Below, piece after piece: positions 13,201-28,200 of a stretch of DNA of 64,000 nt (its first letter is position 1; every line of letters begins with the position of its first letter). The position numbers and the translations under genes were made by a program. This DNA is from Botryllus schlosseri (taxonomy: Eukaryota), in assembly GCA_051294905.1 (NCBI GenBank), contig CM119376.1:25172001-25236000 (forward strand), given 5' to 3'. The notes beneath the pieces are model-generated. The model made no database searches. It was not told the DNA's origin and saw nothing but the letters and a program-made list of their open reading frames with translations.

Positions 13201-16200
13201 ATTTGCGTGTCCTTTTATGCAATCTTGTGCTACTTTTAATTCAGTGCAGATGCCTCTTATTCACATGTTATAGACCAGTGGTTCCCAACCTTTTTCGACA
13301 CATCGCTCCCCTTATTAAGTTCGACAGAAATTTTCGCCCCCCGCCCTGCATATTAACAGTTCCAAAAAATAGGACATCAAAACGGGGGATTTATTCACCT
13401 AACTCTGATCACTAGTGAATTGACTTGAAAACCGGTTCCCGCGACTACTTTCCGTTGGGCTTAACTGATTTTTTTAGTCAATTTTCACGTATTATACACA
13501 ATAAGTCGCCTTCACATGTATTTTTTGCCGTGTGAATTAAATATATCTCACTGGAGGTTCTATCATATTCGCCCCCCTATCCCTCCTTTGGTATTTTCGC
13601 CCCCTTGTCCACGTTGGGAACCACTGTTCTAGGCCAAGGTGGGTGTTTGATTACAAGTCTATCCCGAGTCCTTTCGACTATTTCTCACCTTTTCATTTTG
13701 TCGCAACCAAAATTTTTGAAATTACTGTACTCGTGTCAAAATTTGCGGTGCCTCGAAATGATTTGTGACTAGATAGTAGACTGATAGACACAACCGAAGC
13801 ACTGGACAAAGCAGATGTCTTGGCAATGCCGCCACTCACTTGGGCAGAGAGTAGCCGCGATAGTGCCAGCTCTGAACAAACTGTTCCACATCTGTGGCGA
13901 CCGCTCCGTTCGACATTGTGAAGTCATTATCGGCATCGTCATCGTATCTTCCGCACAAACCCTCTACCTTTCCTTTCAGTTCTTTTGATACGGTCACACG
14001 CAATCTGAACAAACAAATTCACAGTATTGATACAACATAACTGCAATTCATACTGTAATCGGTAATATTCTAGGCCAAGGTATGAGTATTCCTAGTCGTT
14101 TTGACTTTTTCCTATCTTTTCATTGTGTCACAATCTTGAAGTGTATTGAAAGGGCGGTTTAATAACTTGATGATGATGATAAATTAACTGCTATTGAGGG
14201 AAGGAACGGCTATTGTCACACGAACCTGTCTTTCTGGTCCCACCGAATCACTAGATTGAACGGGAACTCGACCACGGTGAAATGACCGATTTCGCGGATC
14301 GTGATGCCTTGCACTGTAGACCCCGCGTTGTACATCAATCCGTTGATCTGGGAAACAGAAGAAAATAGGAATTATGGAATCGTTAATTTGGTAGATTCGC
14401 GAGTTTTCAGTTATGATATGACATCAGACGCTACAAAGATTTCCAGTTTGTAAGGCAAAGCACAATGTTGTTTGATTATTACAGTTCTGCTTCCATATTA
14501 TATAGCTCCCTAATCATCCGCAAAAAAAGTCAGGAATACCCACCCTGACACGACGTCCCCGTTTCAATTCCACCACAGTGCTGTCGCCGAAAAGCACTCG
14601 TACAGCTCTGACTCTCGACGAAGTTTTCTGCAGCGTGTCCCGTTCGTTTGTCGCAACGACTTGGAACTGAGGCGCGTCGCTCGTACGGACATTTCTGTTA
14701 CGACACGAAATATTCACGGGCTATATCTACGTTGAAAATCGCCGCGGCGACTTTACCTGACCAGGGTGTACGCGCACCAAGCAGTAGCGTCAAAGGTGCG
14801 GCCGTCAAAAGTCGTGTAATGCGGATCGGTGATGACTTTGCAAGTGGCCCAACCCTGAAATGGATATGGGATTGAAATCATTGTAGATAGGGTGTTATGA
14901 CTAACAAGTCACATTCACTTTTGAAGAGATTAAAAATATTATAATCTTATGGCAGAGATCATAAAGTTGGCTTACTCGGGAGAATGCTAATCGTCTGATA
15001 TATAACTGTTGTATAATGTATATTCATATTGAAATATTCACGAATATTTCTGGCTGACACTCGTCAGGGGTAATCATCAGCAACTAGCAGAGAATTAGAA
15101 AGAACATTGTACAAATGTACATCCATAATCGTATCAGAAGCCATGACATGATACGATTGTTGATATACATTATACAATGCTCTTTTCAATTCTCTACTAG
15201 TGTCAGCCGAAAATATTTGGATTGATTTCAATATGAGTATATATTCAATTGTATACTGAAGTTCTGTACCTGCAAGTAGATTTTCTCTATTATATTTCGC
15301 CTTAACATAGCCATTCGTATACCTGCATACGTCTCGTGCATTTGAACTGCTCATTGACTTTATTGCATCGTTGCGACGACGCGCAAGGACTGACGGAATT
15401 GCAGACGACGTCCTGCGGTCCGCGGCATTCGCATTTGACGTCACACTGGCTGTTCAAGTATTCGAATCCTGGAAAACAGTAGCGAATATTTGTTACTTCC
15501 CAAGAAAGTAAAAAAGTAAGTATTCTAGACAGTTCTACCTTGAAAAACTAAAAACAGTGAAGTAGAAGTAGTGCTAGTAGGGAAAATCTACTTGAGTAAT
15601 TTAAAAAGTGGAAATACTTCGCTACTGACCCATGTCTGCTTACTATAGACATTAGAATCAGTGGATAAATGACTAGATATATATCTGCTGATGACCACTG
15701 CGGGTTGGAGGTCAACAAAACATACCGATTTCTCTGTATTTTCCGTCGATGACGCATCCGCATTCATCGCTTGGCACACATTTTGTTCCGCTGAGTACAA
15801 ATCCCTCGATGCAAATGCATCCTAAACAAGACACGGTGAGTTGGTAAGAGAATATGGGGCGAGTCGTATCAAATATTACCAGTTGTCGATTGCTCAGCAG
15901 AATTGGACGATTCTCGGCATATCGAACCGTCTGGATCTACGCACGTTGGTTGACAGAGAGAGATGGGCGTCGCAGAGACTGTCTTGTTTGGTCCACACTG
16001 TTCGTCACTCCGCGATATTGCTGCGATATTGTGCACAGTTTTTAAACACACAAATCAGATCCTCGAAGGCTTTGATTTGACGACAGAAAAATACCCTACG
16101 GATGATACACCAAACGCCAGCGTTTGAAAAGTTAAATATGAAGTCGAAGACAGGATCATGTGTTTTGTTATGTTGGTGGTCAGGAATGAAGTAATGAGGC

Positions 16201-19200
16201 AATCAATTAGACTTTGCCTACACTTCTACCAAAGGTTTTTGAAGCAAAATTACTTACATTTTTACACTGAAAAATATAGTAAAGCCGAAGGTGTAGCGAT
16301 TGTAAAAGCGAGTTCCTCTCGCTTGATGAATTGATTGGCTTGATTACCAATTAGTGATTCTATCCGTTGTGATTATTATTTCCTTCCATGTTGCAGACAG
16401 TTCACTGTTATGTTTATTTGAATGAATACACTTGATTACTTCACTGCCATGGAGGTGACGAGTAACAAGGCCTTTATTGGCCATATCGTCACCTCCAGTC
16501 AACTTTTTATGTTTGACGAAGCAATCAATGTCTGTCTGTCTGTCTGCCTTTTTCAATGTACTGTGTGCATGTCGCCATAGTTATGGTGGCTGTTACTAAG
16601 ATCGCTTGCAATAAACGCAGCTCTCTCTTCAAAGAAGCCTTTGGATAGGCTTTTATCGCTTATATGAGTGAAATAGTCATGACAACCGAGGGCCACTGAA
16701 TATTGCCTCAAGAAGCGCACCAATTCGCAAAGACCTTTCGTCTAGGTCGCGACGACACATCTTTCGATTTCGACTACCAAAGTACTCTCACAACTCCATT
16801 TGTTGCAGTATACATTTTCTGTTACTCACGCAACTCCTGCAATTCGTCCAAGCAATCCTCGACGTAGCTCAGCGTGTTCCTTTCGACGTACGTGTCGTCG
16901 CGCGAGTTGCACACGTCGAAAATGCAGTCCTCCTTGGCCTTGTCTGGGCTCACCGCCTGGTGACAATGCTTGTAGTCGCCTTCCGGGTCGGAGATGACGG
17001 AGCATTTCTTCTCGATTTCCGCATAGTTCTCGGTCTGGTTGCAGTACTCGTCGAATTGACCAGGTGGCAAGGTCGTCATTTCGGTGCACCTGGACGATAT
17101 AAAATCACATATGTAATTCTAAATATAATATAATATATACATTAAATAAAATAAGAAATACATATTTTTCTTACCCAATCGGACTGAATTCATTCACCCG
17201 CCACGACCTCACAAATTGATCTATGTCCGTCTGCGTTAGTCCGCTAGGCGTCACGAAATCATTTTCTGGATCATCGTTAAAGTCGCCACAAACTCCCTCG
17301 ACTTTACCCTTCAAAGACGCCCACGCCATGATACGCAACCTGATAAAAAAGCATAACACACAATGACATCTGTCGTTGAATTTTGGCGAAATATTGTTAG
17401 CGCTGGGGAAAATCGAGTAAATGGGTGATTCTACTCCCAGCCAAGTATCAAGCTTCAAGTCGATGTTCAAATATCGCCTAATCTGATGTCAAAACAGTAC
17501 TAATGGCCTGAAAGGTTCGAATATTTATCGTTGCTTAGACTCTAAGCCTCAGAGGCCGCAAAGAGAATGATGCCAGTTACAACTTGCAAGTCGTTCGAAA
17601 TAACTACGTATTTCTACACTATGAGTATTTTGCAGCGCTTTGTTACCGTCACCATGAATATTACTGACTTTGTGCGAAATGTGTTTCAATGCTCAACAGT
17701 AGCTAGTCGAGGATTTGGGGCTCCAATAGTGGGAATACAGTGTTAAAACTTAAATTTTTCATTGAGAATATATGTCTCTTGATGTATTTTACATATATAT
17801 TATTTCCGTTACTCGAAAAGATGTAATGTGCAAATGCAAATTATGGTTTCCAACCCAACTACCATACCTATCGACACCGTCCCATTTCACGACGAGTCCA
17901 AAATCGAATTCGGCGATCCTGAATTTGCCGACATGTTTGATCTGGACTGGTCCAACTTTCGAACCGGGAAGGATTTCTTCATTGTTAATCTGAAACGTCC
18001 GAGTAACTGTCAGTCGAGCTTCAAATTATGATAGTATTCTCGCCGCACTTACCATAACCGAACCCCCAGGTAGGAAAACGAGATTGAAATCATCTCCCAC
18101 TCGTATGTGGACTTCGCGAACGTGAGAGACCGGGTACGCCGGGTCTCGTTGTTCGTTCACGGTGATAACGCGGAAAGACCTGGACACGTCGGCGTTCTCT
18201 TTTGACCTGGCAGTTGACAGTAAAACATTAGTAATGCTTTCCACGGCATCTTAATAGACAAGTCATGATCTCACCTGACCATGAGATAAGCGCAGGTGCC
18301 CATTGAGTCGAATCGGTTCCCGTCAAATGTCATATAATGCGGATCTGTCACGGCTTTACAGGTGGCGCGTCTCTGTAACAAACCAAAAAGAGATGCTACA
18401 TATATATTATACATACATATATCTCAAGATTCAGGAGCATTGAAGCAAGTGGAAAATTTTAGCAATAGACTAAAACAAATCAAATTCGTACTCGGACATG
18501 TTTGAGACATTCCCTCCGTCCCTCATCGTTCACTCTGCAGCGGAATCCCTTTTCGCAACCTCCCGTCTCCACGCACTGCACCTCTTCCTTCCCGACGCAA
18601 CTGCACGCCACCGTGCAATTTATGTTGTTGTAGCTGAATCCTGCGTGGAAAAATTAGGCTCGAATTTACTTTGACACAGCTAAAAAGGAAACACCAAACC
18701 TTTTGGAACGTATCTGCCGTCGATCTGACACCCACAGTCCTCCTGCCGAATGCATTCGTTACCGGACAAGATGAATCCTTCGTTGCACTGGCAGCCTGTA
18801 CAATATTTACAATAATTCACATTGACATCGCCATGATAAAATCACTTATGATACTAGGATATAAAGAGCGAATTCCCCAGACACTAAAAAGTGGTGATCA
18901 TCAAAGTAATCACTTAGGAGTATTTGTACAAGTAATGGCCTTAATTTGTACTTGATTACAGGTAGATGTAGCGATTCTCCAACCATGTTAAAACTACTGA
19001 GTAGAGAATAAAAGTAGGCAGTTTGGCTTTAAAAAACTAGGGGAGTGGAAGTAGTCTGGAGACATAACAAGGATTTTTTTTCTTTTATGTGTCCTTTGCA
19101 GAAGAGAGGAATTCAAGAAGATGAAGTTAACTAAAGATCAGGCCAACTTTCAGATTCAAGAATCGTCGTATTCGGATTTGAATAAAATCCAAGAATCCGT

Positions 19201-22200
19201 CACATCCCCTATCCATTGATGTCCACGTAAAGAAAATTTTATTCATTGTAAAACAAAACTATATCCCAAGATTTGACAACTCACCTTCCACGCAGGCGCC
19301 TACTATCCCTTCTACAGGGTTACTAGCCCGACATATCGACGTGTCTTGGTCGCTGCAAGTGGGTTGACAAGGAGCAACGCAGGTCACAAACTTGGCGTTA
19401 TCCTGGCACAAAACGGCTGCGAAAACACAAGAATGGAATACATGATTTGACTTTGCCTGTAGAACAGAGTCTGCCACTGTTTTCAAATAATTTAATTAAT
19501 GAGGCTTAACACAAAATACCATCACTATTGGAATCGACATTGACGAGAATAGAGCCTATATACTCTTTATGGACATTATTAGTTCTGACAAGGATGTTAT
19601 GGAGGAGATTCTTCCGCTGTGGCTATCCATCTAAAAATGTCGAAAGATAATAGAGAAGAGGATCTATATCAGTTGTTCTGAACCTTGCCGCTACGGCCCC
19701 CAGGGTGCGATATCAATTCGAAGGAAGCAGAAATACTAGGGGGGGATATGGGGTGCTGATGAAATATGGTGTATCAGTATACCATTATAGTTCTCATAGC
19801 AGTTATACTTTTAACCGATTGATTATTTGGACTTTTCATCGCGCATGAAATATATCTACAACGGGCAATATGTTTCAACAAATACAGAGGTCACAAAAAG
19901 TCTTGTAAAATGTGAGTTACATCCTTTTAGGCCGCACAGTCACCCTTAACAAAGTTTGATCACACTAGATAAGGGTTTTCTCAACAAAAAAATTTAAACC
20001 AAGCATTGTGATATTGCAGCAAACTCAAAATCTCACAAGCAAGCTATATATAATAAGTGTTGTCTTGTTTGGAGTATACTAGCTAGAGGTAAGGACCTTT
20101 AAGACCCGTGTTCCATGAATATACTCTTTATTTAAAGCGGCATATAAATATGCACCTTCCAGTTCCGGTTCTCTGAAGTCCAAGTCGCCAGGCGGTTCCT
20201 CATCAGCTACAGCCTCCTCCCGGCAGTCCTCGGTGTAAGAGGAAATCACTCTCTCCCTGAGCAACACATCGCCAGGGCTGGCGCAGAGATCAAAAACACA
20301 GTCGTCGTAGATCGTCTGCGGGTTGACGATGCCAAAGCATGGCGCCAACGGTCCGTCGGCGTCACGTAAAACGCTGCAGTTGCCCTGAACTTGCTTGAGA
20401 CGTTCTGGCGATTCGCAAGCGAGCTCCAGGTCTTGTACGTCCGATTTGATGCAGCTGGAATTCGAAAAGGAAATAGTAGACTAAAGCAGTGGATCTCAAC
20501 TTTCTGATTTTGTTGCGTACCAACAACTTGACCAAAAATTCAACTTTATTCCAAATGTATTTGGGATTATTAACATGGGCGTATCAGCAAATAGGTCAGC
20601 CGGGAAATTCCGAAACAAACACAGCCCACGAGCTAATCCGCTCCTGATAACACAGACCAACAAGGCCAAATTAATGTTGTAATTGGAATTGTTTCTTCTT
20701 CACAAGCTGATCTAGGTGGAATGCAACTGAGTCGAATGACGCCTAAAGTATTTATCCGTGCATTCGATGAAGACATTTCATCCCCCAACCCTAATATATG
20801 TCATCCCTCAACCCTGATATCCGTCACGGTCATCCCTCAACCCTAATAAATGCAAAACACAATAAATTTTAACGTTTATAATTTTTTGTGTGGTGTTCAT
20901 GGGAAATATTTATTGCTGTCATGGGGAGCACTGTTTCGAGCTGGGGCTTATATCGAAGAAGCTCCGACAATTCTTACATTCGAAACAATTGTGTTAACGA
21001 TCTATTAAAATTGAAAACTAAAATTTTACTCTGAAAAAAAAATGCATTTACTGGGTACCACCTGAAATGATTCACGTACCACTAGTGGTACTTGCACCCC
21101 AGGCTGAGAACAAATGGACTAAGGAAGTATAGGATTGTGATTTCATATTTAGAGCTCAGACTACCTTGACTAGTGACGTTTTTAAACATCATTAATGTTC
21201 ACTTGTATCCAAGCATATCCCTAAACCTGAAACTTTGTCTCTCATTTTATGATTTTGAAAAAACTGAAATACTATAACGCATAACAAGTGGGTCATAAAA
21301 CATCACAAACTTACTCTTGCGTATCGTAACCCTCCACTTGCCAACTATTCACGAACGTGGTAATGTCTGTTTCCAATTGGCCGTCTGGCTTCCTGAGATC
21401 ATTGGACGGGTCGTCGTTGAAATCGCCGCATAGACCTTCCATTTGACCTTTCAGTTGCGAGTACGCCATGATACGAAGCCTGAAAAAAAAATAGGGAAAG
21501 TGATACAGATGTCATACCGGTATGATTTTTTGTCACAGAAATTTACAGACAACATTCTCAAACTCATGTGTGTTACATAATAAAACAGTTTTGGAAATGG
21601 AAAATGTTGACTGCAGTTTTTGAGGTGAATCTTGGCCTATGTAAAATACTTTTTTTCTTTACTACTTCTACGATGTTAAGCCTACTGCTTTAGGAGACAG
21701 AAAATCACATATAAAAAGAGAACGCAACAACAGATAGCCTATCCTGAATAATATTGTATTTGATTGACCTACACAAGGAAAAATCTTATCGCATTAACAT
21801 TGAAAGTACTTACCTATCCACACCGTCCCATCTCACGAACAGGCCAAATGGAAATTCAGCGACAGTAAACCGGCCGACTTGACGTACTTCAATTCCGTTA
21901 ACGGTAGAGCCGGGAAGTATAACCTCGTCGTTAATCTAAAGAAAACAATGACGTGTGAAAACTAGATCCCATTTCTCATCTCTTTTCAAGAGACAACAAT
22001 AAATAAACATACCCGGACCACCGGTCCTTCTTTGAAAGACACTGTTGTCTCGCCTACGTGCACGAAAACTTCTTTCACGTGCGACACGGACTGATTCGCG
22101 TTGGGCCTTTGGTTGACGGCCACAACCCGGAAAGCCGGCACTTCGGAACCCTCCTTTGATCTGTGCAAAAGTTTCATGTTGCACTATATGGTTTGTACTC

Positions 22201-25200
22201 ATTTTTATTCGAAATCTTCTGAGTTCATCTTCAATTTGATTGCATTGGGAACAGAGCTGGTCAGTACCAAACTACTATTTCGGAGTACTCAAGTAGGTTT
22301 CGCCTGCTTGTACTACATACTTAGACAAATATGTTTTTTGATATCTTCCACTTCCACTAAATATATCCTTAACCGCGTTTGATGTAACAATTGGAATTAC
22401 AAATCTGATACCAAAATCTTAACTGTAGACTTTCAAGAACATAGAGGAAACCGCGTTACAATAGAATTTTTATACCCAAAAATCGCTCTATTTGCCAATA
22501 ATTCTTTAGGCCAACTACTTATTTTTTAGACTATGGATTTTTTCAAGTAGAGAGTAGTTTTACGGTATGTTTCCGTCATATTTACGAAACTGTCATGACG
22601 ACTGTGCTAAAAAGCCCCTGTATCACGGTAACTGAATACATTTCTGAAAATTCCACTAATTTGTAGTGGAATTAGTTATTTTGCACTGATCTCAAAAATG
22701 CACCTGGCAATTTTAGAAATAGGCCTAATCAGCTTTGATCGACTACTACAAGTCTGGTACGTCTCAACCATAATCAACTTTTTGAAATTACATAATAGTT
22801 ATTGAAATCCTGCTTTTCTTCTGCCACTTGAATTGATTTTGACGTGTCTTTGAAATTGCTACTTCTACTTGTAATCGAGCAGAAATTCACAGAGTTACTT
22901 CTACTTCTACTTGGGTGCCAACAATGATAACTTGGACCTCCACTGTGTCTCACTGGGCATTCAACATACCTGGCCATAATGTAAGCGCAAGTGCCCATCG
23001 AGTCATAATAGACACCATCAAACGTTGTGTAATGAGGATCAGTGATCGCCTTGCAAGTAGCCCTTCGCTGTAAACAGAGTATGGCTTCTTTAGGACAATT
23101 TCCTCAAGTTACCGACAAAGTTTACGTACCCGGACGTGAGGAATACATCTTTTATATCCGTCTGTATCGCGCCTGCATCGGAATCCAGTTTCACAGCCGC
23201 TGACGGCAGTGCAGTTCATCGTACCATCCGTGCCGCATGTGCATTCGGACGAACAATCTTTTGTGCGGTACGTAAAACCTGAATTAACAAGCGGGTTTGA
23301 ATACGATGCCGCATACCTATCGCCAGAGCTGATCAAAGTAATCACTGTTGGTACTCAAGTACAAATAGAATTAACGATTTCAGAGTATGTAATAAAGTAA
23401 CTATTCGAGGCCTAGTTTTGCCTGAAAAATCATAACCTATTCCTATACTCCCTGAATTAGAAATACTTGATTACTGACCAACTCTGCCTACCACATATAT
23501 CAGTGGGCATGGGCATTTATGTAACTGATAAAAATAAGTATCGGGAAAACATGATTCCAAGTAAATGGTACTGTTCATAAAACAGAGACTCTATCCGCAA
23601 GAAAAACCCAAATAGTTCAAGTTTTGCCTACTTTATGGGGTTGTAGAACAAAAACTCTTGCCAAAAATGAAAATACACTTTCGACATTATGGTATACACA
23701 ACCGTATGAGGTTTTACTAATCAAAGAACACAGCCGAGACTATGAACTTTGCCACTGAAAAAAAAACAGAGAAAAAAATATAAAAACAAATAAATATAGA
23801 TACAATATATAAAGAAATATATAACATAAATAAAAATATTTGCTATCTCACCAAGAATTGAGTCAATATAGCAAGCAACGTCAACCTACCTTGCTGTAAG
23901 TAAGACCCATCGGTGTCGACACAGCCACACTCAGATTCCGGAACACACTCCGTACCCGATCTCACGTATCCGAAATCGCAGATACAACCTGAAATCAAGC
24001 GCATAACAATTTAGTTCATATCCAAAACGAATTCACAATCCTGATACCTTCCGCGCACTCATCCCGGAAAGAATCGCCCCGTTCGCACCGAGATCCGTCC
24101 CGATCGGTACAGGTTCTTTCACATCCGTCGGTACAGTTCACAAAGTGACTGTTGGCCTCGCAATCAAAAGCTGTAAATAGTATGTTATACATTAGCAGGG
24201 TTGTAATGACTCGAGTCATTTTTTCAAAATACGGAAATGACTTGACTCGAGTCAATCTGTGTATTGACTCGACAGGGACTCGAGTCATTGCGCATGACTC
24301 GAACCAAGTCATATGACTCGAGACTCAGACGGCCAAGACCAACATTTGATTGTAATTTCGAAGAATAGTAAAGTAACCACACTATTGGGATTTCGTCTAT
24401 TGGTACTGGTACTTGATAATGTGACCAGAAACTGCTAAAATTAAGGACTCGGACTTGACTCGGTGGTGAATTGAAAGTGACGACTTGACTCGAGTCAAAA
24501 CTATAAAAGTGAGATTGACTTGCGACTCGGTGCCTTGTGACTTGGTTACAACCCTGTACATTAGTGGTAAAATCAGTCAGCGTTGCTACTGTAGTAGAAC
24601 GAACGCAGTAATATTTTAGTCAATTACGAGTAAATGTACCAATTTCCAAGACGTGCCAAATCTATTTCAAGTGGAATTAGAATAGGAGAGATCTAACTAG
24701 TGCTCCAGTAAGTAGTTTGAAAAGTAGATTTGGTCGAGGGGACGCATGATTTTAGGAGTTATTCGGAGTCGGCTGCTTTCGAAATCGCAAGATATTCAGT
24801 TACCGTGGTACAGAGGCTATTTCAACCTTAAAAATGCTGCAAAACTTCACAAAACTACTTTCTACTTCTGAAATGAATTATAATTAGTAAGCTGTTTTGC
24901 CTGAAAATCTGAACAGCAATGGGAGTATTTTAAAAACATAACATAGTTGGCAAAACAAATGCTTCGAAAATTATTTATTACTCACAACCTCTAATATTAT
25001 CACAGGGATTTGCAATTGGTTTCGATCGTCAGAGGTATTGTTATTTTCATCCAGTCAAGACATGCAATCTATGCTGCAATACACCAGACGAAACATGTTC
25101 TAGTGAAATGATAGGAGGATGCCGAAATGACCTTGTGCAGTTCATCAATGTAACAATCACCTTGGCCTATGCCGATATTAATTAGTGTTAAATGTGATAG

Positions 25201-28200
25201 ATACCATATCGACATTACTTAAGCTGTTGTTGTTGTTCAACACATACTTGCTCTCTTATTATTTCATTTATCATCTCTCCTACTTACTACAACTCATTTG
25301 TTCCATTCTCTAAACAAGTTCTCTCCTAATGACGCAATGAAAATATGAACTATGGTACGATATACATGATATGAACTAACATTCCAGATTGTCGAGTTTC
25401 CTCCAATCTTCAACAATAGTGACGTTGCTTTGTCTGCATTCTTCCACAAACAAGGCGTAAAGACGTTCCTTGAAGGTCAAATTGCCGTAGGCACACGTGT
25501 CGAAAATGCAGTCGCTCATGTACTTTTCCGGGTTGACTATGCCCAGGCAAGCCGAGTAAGGAGAATCGGGCTCCACCAACGAAGAACATTCGTTTTGTGC
25601 CCACGCCAATTCCTCGTCCGTGGAACACATTACTGCCGGGACGTCCATCACAGCGGTACGGCAACTATAGTAAACGAAGAGGCAGTCAGACTAGATGACG
25701 ATTACAATCTGATTATATGAAGTCAACACCAAGATGTATGCAACGAAAGATTCTATTGCTAGGGTAGAAGTAAAAGTAATGGCATAAACTTCTACTCAAA
25801 TACAATGAAAAGTGAAGAGTGTGAAAATTACTTTAGGTAAAATTCGAATACGGTAGGTGTAAGAAATACTACGGTCAGCAGTACAAAGAAGTAGATTGAA
25901 TGTCATTCTCCAGTTTTTTTTTAAAGCAAAATACATTTAATGCAAAATGATGGCAATGAACATGGGCATAATTATCATAGGTATACTTTGTTAGCATCAT
26001 ACCGGGTCTGAATCTAGTCTGAACACTACTTTCCGCTCAACAAAATAAAAATGTAGAAAGCAAGTAGTTTGTCTACAAAAACTGCCGACATAGAAGGTGA
26101 AGTAATCTATTAACGTAGTCGCTTCAGTAAGTAACGGTAACGGAAGTAGACAAAACCCATTTGAGTACTTCTAAAAAGTAGTATTTTGTCACCAAGAAAC
26201 CTCCCAATACTCAACAAAAAACCGAAGATTCTAGCCACTCAGTAAATAATACTAGTCAAATTTATTACGAACGTACGTCGATCAAAGATCGCACCTGGAA
26301 TGCGGCTCAAAAATACTCCTGACCAAAGCAAGACCGGAAAATAGTTGGGTGATTATAAAACAAGTCGAATTCACTTACTCGTCGTTGTTATATCCCGCGA
26401 CCTGCCAGCTGTTTACAAACTCGGTGATGCTATCAACCAGTAAGCCATCGGCAGTTACAAAGTCATTCGAATCGTCATCATCAAAGTCCCCGCATACACC
26501 TTCCACCTTTCCTTTCAGTACGGCCCAAGCCGATATGCGCAGCCTGCGACAGGGCAACGTAATAAGCTTGTCTGCGTTGACCTCGCAAGGACACTGCAAT
26601 ACCTGTCTTCTCCGTCCCATTTTACGTAGATTCCGAAATTGAAATTCGCGATCCAGAATTTCCCCACTTTCTTGATTTCTACATCGCTGGTGGTAGTACC
26701 GGGTTCAACCACACGTCCGTTAATCTGAATATATCATGTTTGGTGATACAGCACAAGTCAGAAACGAAGTGCTGAAGAACTCAGGTAGGTCTTGCCTACT
26801 GCATTACTCTCTAAAGAGGTCATGTTTTCAGCTATTTCCACTTCTACTTCACAATATTTAGTCACCAAGTACTTACTAACTTTGTACAGTAGTTTTGCGA
26901 TTTGTATTCTGGAAAGAAGAGAGCAGTTTTGGAATACTTTTGCACCACTCTTACGGGTGAAATTGTCATAAAAACTGGGCGAAATAGCCACTGTAACACG
27001 GTAGCTGCATGTATTTTCAAAAATTGCACCTATTCGTTATCATTTGTGATTTTGCGTTATTCGCAAAGATGCACACTGCCAATCCGAAAGTAGTTGACTG
27101 CTAAAAGTATTTGACCGCACGACTGAAACACTCATTTGGAACTATTTGTTTGAGCGCATTTCAAACATTAACTATCTATTTCCAACTGAAGTAGTTTAGA
27201 CATATTTCGGACATTGAAGCATATACTTGTGAGTGAGAAGAAATTTTGGTATCTCTTAATTATGGTTAAAAACAGCTACATTCATGCACCATATCGTCGC
27301 TCTGGAATCAAAGTAGCTGATGCCCATTTTTCAAATTATGAGATCCATTTTTAAAACTTTGGGAAAATCAAGTTTTTGTACAATTTTCATAATCATATCC
27401 TGACCATGGTTATGTTTGTCGCATTGATGCAAAGTTAAGCATGGCCAAGTATGGCCGAAAGAAAATTGAAACTTCGCAAAAACTTGTTTCTTCCAAAATG
27501 TGTGCTTTCTTGGAATTATCACACTAGGGGGAAACCTAATCCTCTAAATTTAAAGCTATAGTATTCTATATTAATAAAATGAAGTTGAATATAGAAGATA
27601 CCGACTGTCCAAATCAACTTACTGTGATTACACCGCCACGCTGCATGCCAACAGTCAAATCACTGCCAACATGTATCCACGCTTCCTTCACATGAGATAC
27701 GGTCAAGTTTGGTGACGGTTGTTCATTTACCGCTACAATACGGAATTCAGGAGCATCGGTGCCTTCCTTATTTCTGTCAGAAAGTTGAATTTAATAACCT
27801 GTTCGCAACACTGATTCTGGCGAGCAAATCTCAATTGTACTGCATATGATATTTTCAGCATAGAAAAGCAATATATTGCCAATGCGTGATACATGCAACA
27901 CAGCAGACTACAATGCAATGGACACTTACTTGACCATGATATAATTACACGTTCCCATCGAATCAAACTTCTTTTTATCAAAAGTCATGTAATGAGGATC
28001 AGTTACTGCCGAGCATGTCGCTCTTCTCTGCAAACGAAAGTAAAGAATTCATGTCGTTGCAGACAAGTTTATTGGCTAATGTGCTAATGATGACGTATAT
28101 GAAATGAAATGCACTAAAAGCGCTAAATTTGATAACGATATAGTGAATTAATTATTGATTACAATACTTTGATTTGATCCAATGAATTGACAAAAAGCCT

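Noticed and set aside
16822-16829. Apparent premature stops at the ends of ORF-track entries (also ~3133, ~5200, ~25376), suggesting a pseudogene
   Set aside because: Each stop lies just past a canonical GT donor, i.e. in an intron; the spliced frame stays open.
20780-20850. AACCCTAA telomere-like motifs
   Set aside because: Only three dispersed imperfect units inside a transposon; not a telomeric array.
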